DNA of 64,000 nucleotides, from positions 368,934-432,933 of the forward strand of contig JAZLKX010000025.1 in the NCBI GenBank assembly GCA_045597865.1, in the 5' to 3' direction. Under the pieces are notes generated by a model. That model saw nothing but the letters and a program-made list of their open reading frames with translations, made no database searches and was not told where the DNA came from. Positions 41,658 to 51,031 of the stretch are shown here, piece by piece. The DNA comes from Bacilli bacterium. Its GTDB lineage: Bacteria; Bacillota_I; Bacilli_A; RFN20; CAG-826. How positions within the stretch are numbered: the first letter of the stretch is position 1; each line of letters starts with the position of its first letter. A program made the position numbers and the translations under genes.

Positions 41658-41697
41658 TGTAAGCGCTTATTAACAAAACAAGTAAAAAACGCTCACA
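41658..41697. promoter_or_regulatory. Two cre/LacI-family operator-like sites upstream of the surface-protein operon
   Basis: TGTAAGCGCTTATT (41658-41671) and minus-strand TGTGAGCGTTTTTT (41684-41697). Confidence 0.5.
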
Positions 41698-41739
41698 TTT
41701 TAGTTAATTAATATAGGTACAAGTATTTAATTAAATTAT

Positions 41740-44718
41740 TTAAGATTTTAAGCTTTGCAATAACGCATCAATAGTTGATGTATCAGTTTTTCCTGTAAAT
41801 TGTGTGTAAAGTGTTTTACCCCACTTTTTCAAAGTGAAATCTTTTGCAATAAAACCAAAATTTGGTTCGCCAGCATCATTCACATCAGTAATTGTGTATG
41901 TGTGGCCTTGGTAAGTGGCTTTGCAAGTTTTCTTTGTATAACCAGTTGTTTCAAAATCTAATGAATCATAGTCAATTGTTGCTGTAGCAGTAAACTTACC
42001 ACCACTTGAACCTGTACAAACGATGTTGTAACAACGAATTGCGCTCATATCAGTTATAAACTGATTCCAAGCATCAAAATCAGTATCTGAAATATTTGTT
42101 TGAATTGAAACATTGTATTTGTTTCCAAATGAATACATTCTAAACCACTGTAAAGAATAGAAATAATCTAAATCTCTTGCTGCTGGAATAAGTGCATTAA
42201 TTGCATTTGGAAGAACATCTGATGTTCCAAAATTAATTTTATCGTTAGAAGAATATAAGCCAGTTTCATTAATTCCAGCATAATCTGTAAAACCAAATTC
42301 AGTTGCAATCATTGGTATAAATTCATCATTGTGATCAACACAAATTTGATGGAATTCATTCATGGATGCAACCCAATTAGTAACATAGTTACTATTAAAC
42401 ACCTTTTTAGATCCACTTGTATCATATAAATAGTTCCCGTTTTGAGCAGTTACTGAATCATAAAATACGTATGGATGTAAGTTTAAAACTTGGAAATATT
42501 CACTTGGTGATTTATTTTGCGATTCGATGTAATCGTAACACAAATCAAGGAATACGCCACCATCTCTAACTTGAGCCATAGTTCCTTCTGGAACAAAAGA
42601 AGGTAATGGATCAAAATCACCAACCACTGCAATAGCAGGAGTCATAACACGGACCTTGCCATTTGTAGATTCCTTAGCTGCATCTGTAATCATTTCTGAA
42701 TAATCCATTACATAGCCAACTACTTGGTCTCTATAGTATTTCTCCATTTCCTTGCCAGGATATGCTGGTGAAATACCTGGAATATAATTTTCTAAATATT
42801 CTGGACTCTTTGTGCATGGTCCAAGGTTAATCTCGTTTAACGGTTCAACAAAATCAACATCAAAAGTATTAAAAATCTTTTTATAGAATTCTTTGTTTCC
42901 GTTAAGCCATCTCTGATATTCTTCAGAATTACATTTTGGGAAAATGTTACTATGTGTAGCAGCTTTTCCTAATCTAATTGAATCAAACCAGTTTGTTATT
43001 TGAGTCTTGTTTGATGCATCTCCTGGAATATAGAAGAACTTATCAGTGTACGAATAAACGAAACCATTAACCATAAGGTTAATTTCTTCAATTCCAGCAG
43101 CGCGATAAGCGCTTATTGTATCTTGAAGAGCTTTGATAGAGTCTGCTTTAAACTTAACGTTATATGTTGAGCAATTCTCGTAATCATTCAAATAATTACC
43201 ATCTAATCTTAATGGATCAACAAGGCCAATTGATGGCCATGCTGAATCAAGCAAGAATGAAGTTGTAACCCAAATACGTGCTGTTTTAGCATTAAATTCA
43301 GACTGAATTGTAGCATTATTTACATAAGTGTTTTTGGTTGTGGAATTAAAATCACTATAAACATCGTAGTTTGGTTCAGAGAATCCAAGATTCATTTTTA
43401 CTTCACTACTAGAAAATTTAACTGTGTCTCTAAAAGCAGAAACATATACGGATTCGCCTTTAGTTAATTGTCTATTGTAAGTCTTGCCATTAACAATAAA
43501 TTGATTAACTTTATTATTAGCAATTACTTTGTAATAGCCGTTTCCATCATAGTTTAAAGTGCAAATATCTTTATCAAATGATTCGTTAACTAGTTCATAG
43601 TTTTTATCAGTGCTATTTAATGTAACAACAAAGAGCTCATCAAAAACATCTTCATAATCATGTGGATCAACATGTAATTTTTCTAATTCATTATGTAATG
43701 AGCAGAAATAATCGCCTGTTTGACCATAATAGTTTTTATTATTTATCTTAAGATAACTAACAGGAATTAAATCTTGTCTATAATTTTCTTTATCAAGTTT
43801 GGCGTCATATTCAAAAGAATAAGTCGTGATTTCTGGTGATTCTACTTCAACTTGGAAAATATGCTCATTTAATTCATAGTTTTTATAAGCGTTTAAGCTT
43901 TCAGTAGTATTCTCAATATAACTGGAAATACTTGAATATATTGAATCTTCATAAGCATTCTTGTTTACTAAGTAAACACCTATATCAAATGGTGTATGAG
44001 ATAAATCTACTTTTGGATCAACTGAAAACTTTGTTGTAAATCTTAACTGATAACCATCATTATTCACAAATTTTGTTTCTTTTAATGTTTCAATTGAAAA
44101 ATCTCTATCAAGGCACCACTTTCCATTGATTAATGCCAAATCAAATTTGTTAACTTTAGCATCACTAGGCATTGTTAAATTATTAAAAGAAAGCATTATA
44201 AAATCTTGTGCAAGTTGCTTTGCAAAATATTTAATTGGCAATTTTAAAACAAAAGATTTATTGCTTTCTTTTAATAACTCAACTTTTGGATCATTAAGAG
44301 CCAATTCATAGATGGTTTTATTATTAAAAATAATATTATTTCCAATACGTGTTTCTAATGCATAATTTTTAGATGTAGAATCAGAATCATTAAAAATATC
44401 TTTTTCAAAATGTAATACAGTTATTCTTCGAGAGGAAACATTATCTTCTTGCTCTTTTTTATTATTAAAAACTTCATCAATGTTTGAAAATTCCGATATT
44501 ACTTCTACTTTTTTTGAAGAATACTTAATTTGGTTAAATGTATTGTGAATAATCTCGCTGGAAGTTAATTTTTCTTTGTCAAATTTAGCATGCCCATGGG
44601 TTAATATCTTATTTTCAACCGAATTAAACTTATTATTAATTCTATTTTTAGACACAAAAGAACTAGAAAATGAAGATAAGCTCAATAATAAAATAAGAGG
44701 CAATTTAAGCACAAACAT
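41740..44718 (-). CDS. Secreted multidomain clan GH-A-like glycoside hydrolase
   Basis: Signal peptide; AKTARIW, EPLNE, NLHPY, ATEFGFTD, WFRM, GEPNFG. Confidence 0.65.
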   Translation of the reverse strand: MFVLKLPLILLLSLSSFSSSFVSKNRINNKFNSVENKILTHGHAKFDKEKLTSSEIIHNTFNQIKYSSKKVEVISEFSNIDEVFNNKKEQEDNVSSRRITVLHFEKDIFNDSDSTSKNYALETRIGNNIIFNNKTIYELALNDPKVELLKESNKSFVLKLPIKYFAKQLAQDFIMLSFNNLTMPSDAKVNKFDLALINGKWCLDRDFSIETLKETKFVNNDGYQLRFTTKFSVDPKVDLSHTPFDIGVYLVNKNAYEDSIYSSISSYIENTTESLNAYKNYELNEHIFQVEVESPEITTYSFEYDAKLDKENYRQDLIPVSYLKINNKNYYGQTGDYFCSLHNELEKLHVDPHDYEDVFDELFVVTLNSTDKNYELVNESFDKDICTLNYDGNGYYKVIANNKVNQFIVNGKTYNRQLTKGESVYVSAFRDTVKFSSSEVKMNLGFSEPNYDVYSDFNSTTKNTYVNNATIQSEFNAKTARIWVTTSFLLDSAWPSIGLVDPLRLDGNYLNDYENCSTYNVKFKADSIKALQDTISAYRAAGIEEINLMVNGFVYSYTDKFFYIPGDASNKTQITNWFDSIRLGKAATHSNIFPKCNSEEYQRWLNGNKEFYKKIFNTFDVDFVEPLNEINLGPCTKSPEYLENYIPGISPAYPGKEMEKYYRDQVVGYVMDYSEMITDAAKESTNGKVRVMTPAIAVVGDFDPLPSFVPEGTMAQVRDGGVFLDLCYDYIESQNKSPSEYFQVLNLHPYVFYDSVTAQNGNYLYDTSGSKKVFNSNYVTNWVASMNEFHQICVDHNDEFIPMIATEFGFTDYAGINETGLYSSNDKINFGTSDVLPNAINALIPAARDLDYFYSLQWFRMYSFGNKYNVSIQTNISDTDFDAWNQFITDMSAIRCYNIVCTGSSGGKFTATATIDYDSLDFETTGYTKKTCKATYQGHTYTITDVNDAGEPNFGFIAKDFTLKKWGKTLYTQFTGKTDTSTIDALLQSLKS

Positions 44719-44759
44719 TTATGTTTTTCCTCCAATTTAAAATCACAAGCATTTTCATA

Positions 44760-46358
44760 TTATCCTATAATCTCGTATTCAACACCTTGAGGAACTTTAA
44801 CCGTAAATTTATGATTCTTATATGAGACTTTTATTGTTCCTAATGAGCAAACAAAAGAGACATCAAAATAATCTAGATTACCAACAAACGGTTTAATAAT
44901 AACTCTGTTATTTTTTACACCTTTAAAGCCAACAATGTTTTCAATAATAAATGATACTGGACCACTTGCCCATCCATGACAAAGTGATTTTCTTAAACCT
45001 TTATAACAACCTTCACCACAGTCTGTTAAAAAATTAAATTTTCCATTTGGAAGTTCGTCAATTTTTATGCTGTCCTTCCAAGAATAATCAAATTCTTCAA
45101 AAAATGTCGTTGCACCAAGATTGACCATAGCCATATTGTAATTTTTAAACATCTTCATAGCTTTTCTTGGTTCATAATCAAAAATTGAATTTAAGACAAA
45201 AATATATGAGAAAGGACTAAAATGTGCCTCTCCATTACGAATAATTGAGTCTGCCAAAGCATTTCTGTTTCCTCTTGAAGCTAAAAGAGGATAACAATCG
45301 AATTGGGAAACATTTAAAACTTCTGGTTCAAATTTTAAAAGCTTAATAATGATACTTTCGTTAATATAATCTAGACCAAGTTTTGCTAAAAGTTCTTTGC
45401 ATTCTTTAAGCACATATAAGTAAAAGCATGGATTAGATTGTTTTGCAAATTCACAGTTTACAGTTCTCCAATCAATAAAATACGGGAACGAAACTCCACT
45501 TACATTATCAAAATCAATTAATCCGCTTGAACTAATTCTTTTACTAATCAATGACAATATTTCTCTTAAATAAGGTTTTCTTTGTTTTACAAAGACATCA
45601 AAACCATTGTGTTTAAAATATTCATTAACACAAGCTAAATACCAAAGGTTATAAGTAGGCATATTTTGAATATAACTTGGCATTGGATTTGTTTTTTCGA
45701 TGAAAAGTAAAGTTTTTTTAACTTGACTTATATTTCCGAATAGATAGTTAAGTGATTTTAGCTCTACTAACAAATCACCAGCCCATACTAAACGATCTCT
45801 TTTAATTCCATCTACAATGTAATCAGTAACACAAAGTTTGGCTGTTCTTGCTGCAACATCAAAAATTTTGTTTAATTCTTCATCGCTAGATTTAAAATAA
45901 CCTATTTGTTTTTTTGCTAATTCATACGAAACAGCATTAATGCTGTAAATACGTTGATTTATATCCTTTGGAAAATCGATTCTTACAAATCTAAAACCAG
46001 TATTTCCAAATTCAACATTGGAAAAATCTGGAAGCAAGTATTCGAAATCTCTAGGAGAATGATTGTTTGTAGAATTGAATTCGCCAACATTAGACATAAC
46101 TTCAGAAACCGATTCGCCAAATCTAACTCGAATTACGTTTCGATCATTTTGATTTCCGGAACCTTGATTTACAATTCTAATTCCGCCGTTAATCTCGACG
46201 CCAAAATCTAAAACAATATAGCCACCACCATTACTAGAGAAATTCTTTTCAAACCAAAATGATGGCTGATCAATATCACACTTTAAAATAGAATCAATAA
46301 AATTGAAATTACCTTTATAGTCCAATATTTTTATAGGAAGAAGATATTTCTTTTTCAT
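44760..46358 (-). CDS. Alpha-L-rhamnosidase (GH78-like)
   Basis: VLDFGVE, GFRFVRI, DGIKRDR, GATTFFE, SLCHGW; likely start MKKKY at 46358. Confidence 0.85.
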   Translation of the reverse strand: MKKKYLLPIKILDYKGNFNFIDSILKCDIDQPSFWFEKNFSSNGGGYIVLDFGVEINGGIRIVNQGSGNQNDRNVIRVRFGESVSEVMSNVGEFNSTNNHSPRDFEYLLPDFSNVEFGNTGFRFVRIDFPKDINQRIYSINAVSYELAKKQIGYFKSSDEELNKIFDVAARTAKLCVTDYIVDGIKRDRLVWAGDLLVELKSLNYLFGNISQVKKTLLFIEKTNPMPSYIQNMPTYNLWYLACVNEYFKHNGFDVFVKQRKPYLREILSLISKRISSSGLIDFDNVSGVSFPYFIDWRTVNCEFAKQSNPCFYLYVLKECKELLAKLGLDYINESIIIKLLKFEPEVLNVSQFDCYPLLASRGNRNALADSIIRNGEAHFSPFSYIFVLNSIFDYEPRKAMKMFKNYNMAMVNLGATTFFEEFDYSWKDSIKIDELPNGKFNFLTDCGEGCYKGLRKSLCHGWASGPVSFIIENIVGFKGVKNNRVIIKPFVGNLDYFDVSFVCSLGTIKVSYKNHKFTVKVPQGVEYEIIG

Positions 46359-46456
46359 TGAAAATATTATCGCATCGCAAAATAAAAGATACAAATCTTT
46401 TAGATTATAAGGTTAAATTATTGATAATAGTTGTCAAAAAAATATAAATTTTTTAA

Positions 46457-49234
46457 TTACAAAATTTTAACAAAAGAATAACGTTTTGGAGCAGCTTTGC
46501 TTTCTCCGTTTTCGTCCCAAGTTCCAAATAATTCAAACGAATAAGGACCAACACCCAATTCTTCAAGAGAATGACTATGATGCGGGCCAAGTAAATTTCT
46601 GTTTGAAATAGTTATAACCAAATCAATTTTGTTCTTGCCTTGCATAGCAAATCTTGAAATATCGCACTCATTATTGAACATCAGACGCTCAACAAAATTA
46701 TCATTGACAAACACATCAATCATTTGGAAACGTTTATCAATAAGGAGTTTAGAATTTGCATCTTTTACATCAATATATTGGGTTAACTTAATATTGCCTC
46801 TGAAGAATGGGAAGCCATCTTCAATTAATGTAGATGTTTTGCCTTTTTGTGAATCTAAATAAAATTCATTTCCGACATAACAACCATCTACTTCTTTTAA
46901 ATCTCCAAAGACACCAAAGTCACCTTCAAGATAAATAGCTTCTATTGTTGTGTCATAAGCTAAACAATTCTTTAAACTTTCGGTGACGTTTTCACCAAAT
47001 AATGCGTAATAAACATCTTCGCTTTCAAAGAAGTCTATTTGCACCACTATTTCATTAATGCCTTTCTTTAAGCATTTTACAATATCAAATTTCCAAAGAT
47101 CTTTTTCTAAAACCGTTCCACACTTTTCGACTTTAATTCCGTTCACAAAAACATTTTTGGTTCTTGTATCTTCGATAAGTGCGTTACATTTTGAAGGAAC
47201 TGTCTTAATATTAACATCGTATTTTAAATACAGTGTACCTTGATATCTTTCGCGGAGTAGCTTATCAAATAAGCCCATATAAAGGCATTTATTTGAATAA
47301 TTTTTGTTGTCTTTCGACATTGAAACAAAATCAAGAATAATATAGTTTTTATTAGTCTTAGAAACTTCAAATTCAGATCTTAATTTTATAATCTTTTTAT
47401 TATCTAATTCATCAACATTGTCATTCGTAAAATAAATAACCTTAGATTCATATTCCTTAAAAGAAAGATTACTTTCATATACTTTTTCGCCAATCTTAAC
47501 ATTCTTAAATCCATTTCTTCTTACTTTAACATTGCAGGCTTTACCACAGTTTAAAGCATAGATATAAGGATTCCCTTCTTCATCTAAATGATAAGAACAA
47601 ACAACATCGTCTGATTGTTCCATAATCATTTCTTGGTTATTAATTATTTCTTCAAATGTTACGTTACTTGTTAGATATGAGAAATCATGTTCTTTACCTT
47701 CAACATATTGAGGCTTATCACCCATCAAAAGCACTTTGCCACCATTTTTCACAAACAAAGAAAGTAATTCCTCTGTTGATTTATCCATATCAAAAACACA
47801 ACGTGGAATTACGATATAATCGTATTTGCATTCACCAACCATTAAACTATTTTCGACAACTTTAGCATGTTTTGCCATAATTGTTTCATCAAGATAATGG
47901 AATGGAAGATGCATTTTTTCTAAAGTTAAATTATCTTCTTTAAAGAGTTTATCAATTTCTCCTAAACCACGGCATGGATCATCAAATTTGTAAATTGAAT
48001 AAGTTGAACGCATTGGATGTAGAACACCAACACTTGCAATTTCTTTAGACTTGGCAAGTTTTTCTCCTAAAACGGCGAAGTAATCATTGAATGTTTTAAA
48101 ATCCTTTTTAACCCAAGGGTTAACTGTTGAATAATGCTCAGGATAATCTCTTTTTCTTTGACCGTGTTCACTATATGGGAGTAAATGTGGACAAAGAATA
48201 TTAACACCACCAACCATTGCGTACTCTGCAATAAGTTTTAATTCATTTGGTGTAGCATCCCAACCAGCACATGCAAAAATTTCAGCCATTCTTTGGTCTT
48301 TACCTAATTGAGAAGCTACAGATCCCATTTGTCTTGGCCCTGCACTTCTAACTAAATTTCTTTGAAGATAATCAATACCAGGAATATTTTCGTATTCATA
48401 AAATGGCATTACGCCTGCGCAGCACCACATTTGGCCTTCTAAAAAGTTTTCTTCACAATAGTGACCGGTGAGTTTGTAATTGTTCTTTTGACACCAGTCA
48501 TAAATATTTTTAGCAAAATTGTTAAGCATTAAACTTTGCATTGATTTCCAATATTTGTATCTAAATTCTCTATAACCTTCTTTTTCAACAAAAAGTAAAC
48601 CTAATTTGTCAAAAAGGTCTTCACCATATTGTTCTTTAAAATAATTAGGAAGAATACGAGTGTATGCAGTTGACCATCTATAATATTGAGGCTCATCAGT
48701 GAAAAAGCCTCTTAAATTTCCAAGGGTATCATTCTTTTTGTATTCTTCATGTGTCATTGAAATAAACTTATCAACAACCTTTTTAGAACATACATCTGCA
48801 GTACAAGCAGAATTCTTTAAATAAATATTTAAAACATTATCTCCTTTATTGACACGAACTAATTTATCACCAGAAATATCGTATGAAACATCAGCATTAG
48901 AATCAAATTCTCCAATTGAAGATATTACATACATATCGTGATTTTCAGGATCATCTAAGAGTTTTCCGCCAACAAAGCCACTAGGCCAACCATTTTCATC
49001 ATAGGCATAGGCTTCCATTCCTAATTCTTTTGCTCTTTTTTGACATGCTTTGATACAATCAAACCATTCATCACCAAGATAAGGGGTTGTTAGTCCACCT
49101 CTAGCATGCATAAAAAATCCACCAATACCGGCTTCGTGCATCCAATCAATTTGTTTTACAAGTTCTTCTTTATCTAATTTATCGTTCCAACTCCAGAACG
49201 GAAATGAACGATATTTGTTATCAACTTTTTTCAT
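46457..49234 (-). CDS. GH106-like glycoside hydrolase (putative alpha-L-rhamnosidase)
   Basis: PFWSWN, GFFMHARGGL, YDENGWPSG, FTDEP, RKRDYP. Confidence 0.75.
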   Translation of the reverse strand: MKKVDNKYRSFPFWSWNDKLDKEELVKQIDWMHEAGIGGFFMHARGGLTTPYLGDEWFDCIKACQKRAKELGMEAYAYDENGWPSGFVGGKLLDDPENHDMYVISSIGEFDSNADVSYDISGDKLVRVNKGDNVLNIYLKNSACTADVCSKKVVDKFISMTHEEYKKNDTLGNLRGFFTDEPQYYRWSTAYTRILPNYFKEQYGEDLFDKLGLLFVEKEGYREFRYKYWKSMQSLMLNNFAKNIYDWCQKNNYKLTGHYCEENFLEGQMWCCAGVMPFYEYENIPGIDYLQRNLVRSAGPRQMGSVASQLGKDQRMAEIFACAGWDATPNELKLIAEYAMVGGVNILCPHLLPYSEHGQRKRDYPEHYSTVNPWVKKDFKTFNDYFAVLGEKLAKSKEIASVGVLHPMRSTYSIYKFDDPCRGLGEIDKLFKEDNLTLEKMHLPFHYLDETIMAKHAKVVENSLMVGECKYDYIVIPRCVFDMDKSTEELLSLFVKNGGKVLLMGDKPQYVEGKEHDFSYLTSNVTFEEIINNQEMIMEQSDDVVCSYHLDEEGNPYIYALNCGKACNVKVRRNGFKNVKIGEKVYESNLSFKEYESKVIYFTNDNVDELDNKKIIKLRSEFEVSKTNKNYIILDFVSMSKDNKNYSNKCLYMGLFDKLLRERYQGTLYLKYDVNIKTVPSKCNALIEDTRTKNVFVNGIKVEKCGTVLEKDLWKFDIVKCLKKGINEIVVQIDFFESEDVYYALFGENVTESLKNCLAYDTTIEAIYLEGDFGVFGDLKEVDGCYVGNEFYLDSQKGKTSTLIEDGFPFFRGNIKLTQYIDVKDANSKLLIDKRFQMIDVFVNDNFVERLMFNNECDISRFAMQGKNKIDLVITISNRNLLGPHHSHSLEELGVGPYSFELFGTWDENGESKAAPKRYSFVKIL

Positions 49235-49395
49235 CGATTTGATTATAACTTATTAAATATAAAATATCTATCTTTAATTAATATTTTTATACAATTTATA
49301 AAATACTCCTTTTGGAGTTATTTTATTAATTGGAAATTTTTCTGTTTTATTATTTTTTATAATAATGTAAAATATGGTCGAAAAGGAGTCACTTT

Positions 49396-50973
49396 ATGTC
49401 AACGTTATCCCTAAAAAATATTAACAAAATTTATGACAACAACGTCCAAGCTGTTTTTGATTTCAATTTAGATATTAAAGACAAAGAATTCATTGTTTTC
49501 GTAGGTCCATCAGGTTGTGGTAAATCCACTACTTTGCGTATGGTAGCTGGTCTAGAAGATATCACTGCAGGTGAGCTTTACATTGATGGCAGACTTATGA
49601 ATGCTGTTGAACCAAAAGATAGAGACATCGCAATGGTCTTCCAAAACTATGCTCTTTATCCTCACATGACAGTTTATGACAATATGGCATTTGCTTTAAA
49701 ACTTAGAAAACTACCAATGCCTTTATATGAAGAAAATGAAGAAATTGACAAAATAAAACTTGAAAATAAAGAACTCCGTAAGCAAGCTCATGAAATGAAT
49801 AGAAAATTTAAGAAAAATCAAAATGATTTATCCATTCTTGAACCAAGAGCTGAAATTTACAAAAAAATATATGCAAATTTAGCCAAAATTAATTCACTTC
49901 AAAAACCAATTATTGGTAGAGATGAATACCAAATTGCAAAACACAAAAAGATTATTGCAAATTTGGAAAGTGAAAACAAAAAGTTAGAATCTCTTAAATT
50001 AGGTAAATATAGTGATAAACCAGAAATGATTCAAATACTTGAAGATGGTATTGCTCAAAGAAATGTTCAAATTGATAAGATTAAAGAAGATTTAGAATAT
50101 TATGAAACCCACGATACACATCTAACCAAATTAAGAAATCTTACTTCATTTGAAATAGAAGTTGAGATTAATAAAACTGCAGAATCAATTGATTTAGTAA
50201 GATATTTATTCCGTAAACCATCTGCACTTTCAGGTGGACAAAGACAACGTGTTGCTCTTGGTAGAGCTATTGTTAGAAAACCAAAGGTTTTCTTAATGGA
50301 TGAACCTTTATCAAACCTTGACGCTAAACTCAGAGTTCAAACCCGTACAGAAATTACAAGAATTCATGATAAAGTTGGCGCAACAACAATTTATGTTACA
50401 CACGATCAAACCGAAGCTATGACAATGGCTGATAGAATCGTTATTATGAGAGATGGCTACATTCAACAAATTGGCACTCCAGACGAAGTTTATAATAACC
50501 CAGCTAATAAATTTGTTGCTGGATTCATTGGATCCCCTGCTATGAACTTCATTAATTGCAATTATTCAAAAGGTAAATTAACAGTTCTACATCAACAACA
50601 TCACGAAGATAATTTATTTGCTTCTAGTGAGAAGATGAAAAATAACGAAATCGTTATCGATTTACCAAAAGAATATCAAAAAGCATTAAAAGATTATGAA
50701 GGAAAAGATATTATCTTTGGTGTTAGACCAGAAAATATTCATCTCCAAAACGATAAAACTAATGAAAATCCTAGTAAGCCAATTGCATCAAATTGTGCAT
50801 TTGCAGAATTACTTGGATATGAATTGATTATCTATGCTTATTTAAACGGACAAAAAGTTATTCTTAAGTCAGCTGCAAAAAGCAAAGTTAACAATCATGA
50901 TGATATCTCAATCTGCTTAGATAATAGTAAACTTTATTTCTTTGATAAAGAAACTGAAAAACGCATTAAATAA
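49396..50973 (+). CDS. Multiple-sugar ABC transporter ATPase (MsmX/UgpC-like) with a ~140-aa helical insertion
   Basis: GPSGCGKST, VFQNYALYPHM, LSGGQRQR, MDEPLSNLD, VTHDQ, FIGSPAMN, TOBE tail. Confidence 0.92.
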   Translation: MSTLSLKNINKIYDNNVQAVFDFNLDIKDKEFIVFVGPSGCGKSTTLRMVAGLEDITAGELYIDGRLMNAVEPKDRDIAMVFQNYALYPHMTVYDNMAFALKLRKLPMPLYEENEEIDKIKLENKELRKQAHEMNRKFKKNQNDLSILEPRAEIYKKIYANLAKINSLQKPIIGRDEYQIAKHKKIIANLESENKKLESLKLGKYSDKPEMIQILEDGIAQRNVQIDKIKEDLEYYETHDTHLTKLRNLTSFEIEVEINKTAESIDLVRYLFRKPSALSGGQRQRVALGRAIVRKPKVFLMDEPLSNLDAKLRVQTRTEITRIHDKVGATTIYVTHDQTEAMTMADRIVIMRDGYIQQIGTPDEVYNNPANKFVAGFIGSPAMNFINCNYSKGKLTVLHQQHHEDNLFASSEKMKNNEIVIDLPKEYQKALKDYEGKDIIFGVRPENIHLQNDKTNENPSKPIASNCAFAELLGYELIIYAYLNGQKVILKSAAKSKVNNHDDISICLDNSKLYFFDKETEKRIK

Positions 50974-50988
50974 TAACATCCAAAAATT

Positions 50989-51017
50989 AAAAAAACCACC
51001 CAAAGGGTGGCTTTTTT
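50989..51017. terminator. Bidirectional rho-independent terminator
   Basis: A-tract, CCACCC-AAA-GGGTGG, T-tract between convergent genes. Confidence 0.85.
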
Positions 51018-51031
51018 GTTTCGATTTCAAA

